NCBI RefSeq assembly: GCF_022539665.2
Contig: NC_081332.1
Coordinates: 4,650,001-4,714,000 of the forward strand
DNA from: Daphnia carinata
Lineage: Eukaryota
Length of the DNA: 64,000 nucleotides
Direction: 5' to 3'
The notes under the pieces were generated by a model that worked only from the letters and a program-made list of their open reading frames with translations, searched no databases and was not told the DNA's origin. A program made the position numbers and the translations under genes. Below are positions 55,001 to 64,000 of this stretch, piece by piece; positions within the stretch are counted from its first letter, which is position 1, and every line of letters starts with the position of its first letter.

Positions 55001-58000
55001 AATAACTCAATGCGTCCCAGAGCTCCGCATGACAATCCATTTAATAAAAGAAAAAAGGCATACCGATGATTAACCCTTTTTTTTTTATTCCTCTGTACAT
55101 TGTATAATTTAAAAAAAAAAAAAGATTCTTGTGCGTAGTACTCTTTCGCTTCTGTATGAAAATAGTTTCTACTTGGTTGTTCCATGAAATGTCCGCGTCT
55201 TTGGAAGACGCGCGCCGGCGCCGTCTTTAGCAGCGTCTCCTTCGGAACCTTATGTACAACCTGCTTTGCTAGTAGTAGGGATTGTTGTCAGCCAAGTGAA
55301 CACGGAGTTAGAAGTTCACTATCCTCTTTAACTTGGCGCTTGGCCAGTATTTAAAATAAAATCTCCGGCGAAAAAATAATAGTATTTTACATCGTTGTGC
55401 AGTTTTCGTTCGTTTTTTTTCCTTAACTCTAATCGAATTATGGTGTTGTGGTGACAGAAGATTTACTTATGATATTCGGCTGATTGAAGCTCAGGTAAAA
55501 TCTTTTTCTTTTTCTTATTTCATAAAGTCTATTCGTATCGCGGTTTGAATAATAAGTTTTCTTCCGCCGCTTTTCTTTTGATTTCTTTGAACTCTGGAGC
55601 GTATCTGTGGACACTATAGCGAAAAAGATATTGCCATAGAAACTAATCTCCACTATACAAACATAAGCTGCTATTGTTGTTATTTTTCCATTTCAAAAAT
55701 CCATTTTTTGTTGCTGCGGAAACCTTTTTTTTGGACACCGACGACGAGGGCGGCTGAACGAATCAAATCTTAGTCTGATAAATTTGTTTTCAAGTTAGGT
55801 GAATGATATTTCTCGCATCGTCACACCGAATCCTTTGATCCTGCTGGACCAATCAACACGTCCTATATATAACCTGGCTGTCTGACAACATCCCACTCCG
55901 CAGCGCAGCCTGAAAAGATATGGTTAGATTGATGTCAAATCAGAACATTTGCCGACTCGACTACATAGACCTGCCCACGGCAACCATCTGGCCGTATCAT
56001 AAAACCCAATTAGACGACGTGCATCAGACACAATACGAGCCTGTGCCTTTTTTTCCTTACCGTGTGCCGGACTTAAAGAGTTGCCACTTGCTTCTAATTC
56101 TATTAACGTAGGCGTAATGAAATCCAAGTGCAAGACGCCTATCAATGACCTGAAAGGTTATTGTCCTTTTTTTTCCCAAACAATAGACTCCTCGTATTGA
56201 CCTACAGGGTTCGTGTTACTCCTACCTTCGTCACACTAGTATCACGTTTCGTTTGATGAGGTGCGCTGCGTTAATAGAACTATACATAGTATTAGATATC
56301 CTCTTGGCGACAAATGTGATCCATGCGAATCCCTCGTGACTTGTTTCCGGAAACAATAATCTCCCCCCTTTGGTTTTCCACCCCCTGTTGTCATCACGTT
56401 TATCCGTGATAACAATGGTAAGTTGGATGTCCAATAAACAAGGTTTTTAATTCTCGATACATAGAAAAAAAAAAAATAAAGCCACGCAGAGTTGTTTGAC
56501 GGCACGCACACCATTAACTATCTAGCGCATTGATAAATTTGAAAACAAAAATTACGTAAATGGAATGAAAATTTAAATTCCTGGCAAAAAATTCAAGAAA
56601 ACACAGCCAAGAATGACCGCAGCAAAACGCAATCGTTAGGTAAATCGAGTGAACGCGCACGAGACATCGCATCCGTGTGATAGCGTGAAAATAAATTCCC
56701 CATCGTATAGACTATGTAAGGGAAAAGATTCACCATAGATCGTCGATCGATATTTCAGTCATTGTCATATTGTGTGGTCTACGCTTTTCCCCCGTCCTCT
56801 TTGCGATCGCGAAGCGTCAGTGCAATCCTTTATTGGTGAAATTGTGTGCTATTGGTAATATGCTAAGCCGATTTCCTGTTGGGGTATGTCTTCGAAAGAA
56901 ATTTCAAGTGGGAAAGCGATAACTCCCACGTAATGCTGTGTACGCACGAGAATTAATTTGAGCTCGCGTACGATGTTATGTTAGTACAAACAAGTTTGAG
57001 CTTCAAGATGTAAATGAAATGGTACCTTATGGGGAGGACGATCCCCCCTTTAAGATTGCGGTTTCAACAACTATCGCGATTTACAATTTCCTCCATAAAA
57101 TGCAGCATCATCTTCCATTGCAAGAAAAGAGGGGCAAAAGATTTTATTCTTTTAATTCTCTGCATATATACGTTCTATAGCAATCCGAAGAGCCATTTAA
57201 CGCCACGGGAACGAATGCCGTTGTCGGATGAGCTTGATTAAAATGTACATCATTTGTACGTGTCATACAACATTATTCATTCTGTCGATGCGGTAATGTG
57301 TTCCGCGAACCAACGATTGAAACCACCACCTTTTTAATATCGCGTAACAACACATATGTTCCGCCACGCTAATTTGCTGAATTTCTTTTCTGCCGCCGGA
57401 TCGGAAGTTCGACCCAACCAAATACATAAGAGAAACCAAGAATCAGGCATGCCGTATTCCAACTGTTGAAAATAGTTTTGCAACACAATGCAATCAACGG
57501 TTGTATACAAGAATTATAGCTCGCACTACGCCGCCTCTCTTCTGGCTGGCTGTGGCTGGATCGATAAAATCCAGCAACTCATATGGTTCATGGAAGCCAT
57601 ATTGATCAAAGAGACAATTCTATGCTATTGGAATGAAACTGGATATAAGTGAGTTGTGTGTGTGTGACGAAAGCGCAATTTAATTCGCACTTGATCCGTC
57701 ACCATATTTCATTTTCTTGTTAACACTTGTGCGCTGCTTGCAGAAAGGGGAATTCATTCCAAAGGATCGCTGGAGGACGAAAATCCTTGGGAAATATAAC
57801 GCCCAGTAGCGTAATCATCTGAAATCTTGTGTGCAATAAAAAACCGTATTTTTAATCATGGTACAGTAATAGAAGACGCTGTAGTAACCAATCGTTCTTC
57901 TTTACTTATTGATTTTTGTTAATGGGATTACAAAGAAAGGAATAGCCCGACAGCTAGCTTAAGGACTTTTCTCGAGGATGAATCGTGACCAAAGAAAAAA

Positions 58001-61000
58001 AAAACCACTCAAAAATTGCCTTTATCTTGTTGCCAACTGCTCTTTTTGTACATTTGAATGAAAGGGGAAATTACATTTTATTATCAATCCTTTTGATTCG
58101 TGAAATTCTACTTGACCATCATAAATGTTGGCTGTGGCTTAAAAGTAGTCGCGAATGTAAAAAGGATCGACATTTCGATACGAAATATGACTGCACCTTC
58201 GCCAACTCTTTTCCTCTACCAAATCATAATGGTTTACATTATATTGTCGACATTCGCTTAACAAAGTTTCTTTCATCTGCCTTTTGACACGAGAAATGCC
58301 CCAAGAGCGTGACCGTATAGAGTTGACTCATTGCACCGTCAGATGCTCATACAAGTCTTCATCATTCATGCATCAATTAATCACCTTGCCAATTGCAGCC
58401 GCCACTCGTCAATTTTTCTATACAGAAAACGTTCGCCAATTTATCCATCATGTCAGTTGTCTCTTGCGCGCTCCATTTTCGCTGTAATGATGATCTTGAC
58501 TTTGCAACCAGTAATTAATGATTTGTATGAAGACGGTTAGGAAAGTGGGAGAGATCAAAACGCATGAATCAAAGACCTTTAATAGCCTCTTCTTACATTT
58601 TTTTTGGTTTGATTACAATAAAGACACTGATCAACATGTTTTGTTCATTAGAGCTCTCTGCTCGGTGTGCTTTGTACATTTTATCAGGCTAATGATTCAA
58701 AGGTTTTGAAGCACGACTCTTCCCATAATAAGTAGGCAAAAACGTGCATAATTGAGTTTGTTATTTGTTCTTTTGCCTTGTACACTGGCTATACGTATAG
58801 GACTAATGATCTCCTTGTTATGCATCGCTTATGGCGTGTATAGCCCATCCAACAAATGGGAGAGGCATTTTAACATATTCAAATGCAGTGCTCACATTTG
58901 GCAGACTGAGATATGCGAGGATTAATTTTAAACATGTGTGTTATGTGGTAAACCCTGGACGTCGTCACAATGGACAAAAAGAGGCTCTTTGGTCGAATTT
59001 GTGACTATAAAGCTTTCGTCTGTATATTGCTTAGAAGGACAACATTAGATGGGGAAAAGCACATTCATGCGTGCAGCTATTTGTGGCCAGCCCTTTTTTC
59101 GCGTGTTGGGCAGCACTCAACTATTTGTTCAAAAGGCGTTTGAGTCATTGGATTTGTGGGCCGTCACGAACATATTTTGCTCATCCTTTCGTCCATTCAG
59201 AGGTACAACCCCCTTTTTCTCCTTCCAAGAGTTGGCATCTATATATTCTTGTCGCGTTATTCTTAGTGAGTCTTCAACGAAAAGCCAAACTTTAAAAATG
59301 GTATAAAGAAACTTGAAATTTCTGCATGTGAAGCTCCTTTCCTTTTTCTTGAATGTAAACTTGTAAACACCTTTCTTATTGGGAACAGTGTGCATGTTTC
59401 ACTACAGCCTTGACGTCATACGTTTTGGAAAATCAACGAACATTGTGCTCCTCCTAAACGTAGGAAAAGTATGGAAGATGTTTATGCAAATCGCATTTGT
59501 GTGGACGTGAAAAATGCCACTTATCAGCAACTTTTCAGTTCACTTTTGCTTTCCGAATGGTAGTGCGTGATTGCAAACTACCAACAATTCGTTTTGGTCA
59601 ATAGTGCTGGTCGATGGACAGCATTCGGCCGAAGAATGCAACTGTGTTGTGCCAAAGAAGACTAAAAAAGTTAACAGTCATCGTTGATGTTACATGTCTT
59701 TTTATTTGTCAGCAATGTTGCATGTCCTTGTTATGTGAAGATACATGTGTAGCCTACTTCCTAAAGCGCTTTGATAAGATTATGCCCGATTATTCGAAGA
59801 CTAACTTCGTTTTAGTAATTCATTCCTCGTTGATAAAGAAAACATGCACCCCATGATGCATTTCAAATAGACCGTGTTACAATAAAAAGATAATTTAATA
59901 CTCCACCGTATATGCAACCGCATTTTGCTTGAATGTCCTTATTTATCCTCAATTCCAGAAGGATAACTTGTAAGTATTCGATTTCACAAGATTTACTCAG
60001 CAATCACAGCGTATTAGCGTACAACATTATTTTGAGCGTTTACGTCGGAGCATTCGTTTTTATTCGGGTTAGCAAATTGTAGCGGTAGAGATCAACCGTA
60101 AACAAGAAGAAAATAAAATAGATGAACAAGAAAAACTTGTCGATTAAACTGGAAAGCTATCTGCATATAGAATTAAATATTATGCGATACAACAAGACGA
60201 ACAAGTTGTGTTGTTGACTAAATTCCATACGACGATATTTGAACGTGACTGAATTTCTCTTAGATTGCTTAAATGCTTTCACGTTTATTAATTTTAGGGG
60301 AAAATGTTTATTGATTTTCTGATTGGAAGAAGCATTCCCTTTGGCAAGAGCATCAGAAAATAAGCATTAGAAATCTAAAAACGACATTACTCTATTAAAA
60401 ACTTTACTTGGAATGTTGTGTGACGTCCGTCGCAAAAAAAAACATTTAAAAATAATTGTATTCATATGCTTTTTTTTTGCCATTCCTTGATGTAAATTAG
60501 TGTTGCGTCAAGCGTGATTTACGACATAGATGTAAAACGATCGTCTAGCAAACTTGGTTTATCGATTCGCATTTGCTATCTAATTATTTTCTCAGCCGGA
60601 AAGCCTATGATAGTAAAATAATCTCGCTAACAAGCACCAAAATTTTAAAAGAGACATTTAGTGACGCAAACTGAATTGCAGCAATTTTTCTTTTCCTCGA
60701 AAATTTAATTATAATGACGAAATTTGCGTTTGTTCTCGATATACCGATGCTTATTTACCGTATTCCTTTCTTGTTGTTGGCGAACTTTCAATGAGAATGC
60801 GAAAGGATCCTTTGATGGACCCTTTCCTGCCTTCGTAAGAGCAATCTTTCTTTTCCCATCCAAACGAAGAGTGGCATTGAAAAATTCTCGAGAGAGGGGA
60901 GGATAAGTATGACAGAAAAGCGAAGAAAGAACTCAACTTGATTACTGTATTCTGTCAATTCCTATAAATATATGGAAACTACCTACTGGCCGTAAATAAT

Positions 61001-63289
61001 AGCCAGTCCAGTTACGCATTTTGTAGCCTACCGTTCCGTTTCAACGCGCCTTTTTACAGCGAGTAGCGGGAATCCTTACCGGAATTTGCATACTATCCAG
61101 CGGAGAATGTGTGTATACGTTGCACGGACAAGCGAATCGTTGTTGAACATCGTACACAGTTGAGAAAGCATCGAATTTCAACAAATTGAATAGGCACATC
61201 GAAATTTATTTTTGCCTAACGTTGTTCTTCCCGATTGCTTAACGAACGGCTGCAGCCTAGTGATAAGCTATAACTTGAATCCTTTCAAGCTGGATGATGG
61301 TAAAATGTTGTGCTAAAAAAGGTCCCCAACACAAAACTGGGCTAGACACATGGACTTTTTCATCGCGTTTTTGATAGCGCTGACGATTTGGCTTCTTCGG
61401 TTGGGTGATTTTAATGTCGTCGAACTCCTCCTGTGGCCTTTTTGCGGGAGGAAGGGTTTGACTGCAGTTGATCGATTATAGTCGCTAATGTGTAATCGAT
61501 CAAACAATTTTTAAAGGCATTAAATTTCATCAAATTCTCCTACGAGGGAAACTTGTAGTGCAGTGAATAGAAATGAAGAATTCGGCTTTACACAACTGGA
61601 AGTTGTATGCGAAAAGAGAGGACAAAATCAATGTCCTTGTCAACTTAATTTCTGCAATACATGGCGAAGAGCTTGATTGGCGATCGACATAGTTTCTCCA
61701 TTTGTCTGGAAGACGTGTTCTAATACGATTTTCGATAGTGTCGGCCACAATCTCAGCTGCATGTCAACAACGACGACCATCTCTTGGCAATATAGACTCT
61801 TAGCTGTCAACATCGTAGAATGGCCTTTCTATATCTAACATGAAAGTAACAGCCATATTCAACCCTGGAGAGTAATTCTACTATACACTGTCGGGCCATC
61901 CGCCCACAGATGATGATTTATGGCCTTCCATTGACGACTATTGTACACGAAAAATTGCTTCGTCGTGTGTAAGCATTATAGTGTGTGTGTGTAGGAAGCT
62001 GGATGAAGTTTCCTCCCGATGTGTTACCAACTTGTCGAGTTCCGGGCGCGTGCAATGACTTTATACTCCGGGAGGAGTATAGTACACAATTGATTTGGTA
62101 ACGTATACAATTGGTTTAAAATGGGCTTAACTTATTGCTTTGCGCTCCTGTCGGATCACGTTACGTTAACAGTAAGTTTCAGAATGAACATAGCACCATA
62201 AATGTCAAGAATATTATGTTACAGATGTCCCTTTTTTATCTCATTTGGCTATGCAAATTGGTTCCGTTTTGTATAAATCTTAACTTGCTTAAAGTTAAAC
62301 TGAATTGCGTCAGTCAATGCAATTTTGATTGAAATACTTGCATGCACACTTTTACGATGGCAGCTGGACATTTGTCTTTTCTGATAATTGTGTAGCCAGT
62401 TGATGTTATGCCATGGTGGACCCATTATCAATAACGCATATGCACAACGACAGTTTTATTCAAAGATATGCTGCGTACCAAAAACAACTGTTTACCGAGT
62501 CGTGCAATAATAAGTCTTGATTCATTCATCTGAGTGCCTAGTAATAGAAATGTTTTTTTTTTATAAGGAACAATCCTATTTATCGTAACGATCTCATATG
62601 TTTTTGCCGGGGCATATTTACTTCCACGTTAGCAATGAGCAATCAGCTAATCAGTCTGAGCGTTGCAACTGTTGCAGAACTCAAACAAAAAGTCTGAGAT
62701 TTATTTATTTTGCTTTGACGTAGTTGGAAAACCAGCACGTCGGCTGATTTCCACTTTCACGAGTGGGCCATTACGGTCTCAAATATACTCTACCACTTAT
62801 CGTTTGACGTTTCGAGAGTATAAACTCCACGTCACACCCAGATATCGTTTATTTGACATCTCCTACTTTGATTTTTATGTTTGATCTTGATTAACAGTCG
62901 AGAGTAAATGACAAGTTTTACGACAGCCTGCTCTAAAACATGCAAAAAGGGCTTTTCGAGAAAGAACGAATTCTCGTTTTTGGTTATTCAACGATCGTCG
63001 CCTCGATCTCTTGGAACAATTTCTTGTTGTTGCAGCCTCCCATGATCTGAAATGACCTTAACTAAAACGTGTCAGATGCTACATTCTACGTAAAAGACTC
63101 TTTCGTAAACGACTGATGTATGCGAAATTTTAGTCGCGTTCTACCTCTATAAAAGCGTGTCGTGTCATTGGGTATACACTACGTAACGTGACGATCGTGT
63201 TGCTGGTTCACTCGTTTACTATAGAAAGTCAATTTCGTTTTTGTTTTTTAAACCTCTTCTTTTTTTCGGGAATGATTAAACGTAGGACA

Positions 63290-64000
63290 ATGGACGAGGC
63301 TATGGCAACCACCAGAGATACTTCGTTTCTTCAACTACATAACAACAGTAGGGAGGAAAACGCGATCCTCACATCTGCCAGCAATTCAACGGAGATGGCT
63401 GGCTTTTATCAAAGCTTTCCCCATTGTGTTCTGCCGAACGTTTCCATATCCAACATATCCGAGTCGGAGAAGTTGTATTTCCCGCTGTTCGAGTTTGTCA
63501 TCAGCCTCGTTCTATTAGTTGTCGTCGCTCTTCCCGGCCTGGTCGGAAACTTTATTTCCATTTTTATTCTATCACGACCTCAGATGAGAACGTCTCTCAA
63601 CGTCATCCTTATCGGTACGTTCAATTCTTTTGTTTAATAAGTCAACATGAATTATACGCACAAAAGTTGTTTCAGCATGTCCTCACATATAAAGACGCCC
63701 CCATAAATTAAAATTTGATCCGGAGCTCTGCATCTTACAAGACTCGGTTCATGATAGAATGCTTTTAATAATGATTAGACGTATTTATTTCGTTCAAATG
63801 AACTCGAGTGGAAGTTGATAATTAGACACACACACATGAAAATGCATTGTTCGTTTTTTTTCTATGTCTCGTATAGGCTTGGCCAGTTTTGATTCTATTC
63901 TACTGCTCACATCGATTTTGCTGTTTGTTGTCCCATCAATTTACACGTACAGTGGCGTTGGCGAGTTTTACTACCGTCACATTCACCCACTCATAACGCC
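63290..64000 (+). CDS. FMRFaR: FMRFamide receptor-like class A GPCR, 5' part (runs off the window)
   Basis: Exons 63290-63614 (an in-frame ATG at 63272 is an alternative start) and 63877->64000. N-terminus carries N-glycosylation sequons, then TM1 ..PGLVGNFISIFILSRPQMRTSLNVILIG|LASFDSILLLTSILLFVVPSIYTYSG. Closely resembles insect FMRFaR GNIISMIILSRPQMRSSINYLLTGLARCD as recalled. Confidence 0.88.

Noticed and set aside
55195..55213. Small hairpin CGCGTCTT-TGG-AAGACGCG
   Set aside because: A single 8-bp stem is expected by chance, and there is no other RNA-gene hallmark.

Overview
Eukaryotic (animal) genomic DNA. The ~60-nt introns, AT-richness and gene set point to a small arthropod, and the style suggests a Daphnia-type crustacean (inference). 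The ORF track is mostly noise; all genes are spliced and were rebuilt by hand. Three zones. (1) 1-40.6 kb: the 5' part of a minus-strand CUX1/CASP (cut-like) gene with three small coding exons in huge homopolymer- and microsatellite-rich introns (13.7 kb, 6.1 kb, >20.5 kb). Two unrelated ~4-copy, ~115-125 bp tandem arrays flank its first coding exon. (2) 44.9-52.1 kb: a compact cluster of SWEET1/SLC50A1 (+), DDX42 (-, one GC-AG intron), a 72-aa COMM-domain-only COMMD7-like gene (+) and SUCLG2 (-). (3) About 11 kb of non-coding DNA, then the start of an FMRFamide-receptor-like GPCR (+) running off the window. Most unusual signals: an upstream tandem array whose unit junctions read polypyrimidine-YAG|GTAYGT on the cux strand (stacked recursive-splice-like sites); an intron-1 array repeating Cut-, E2F- and AP-1-type motifs; and the truncated COMMD7-like protein. 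No tRNA, rRNA, CRISPR array or intact transposon was recognised.
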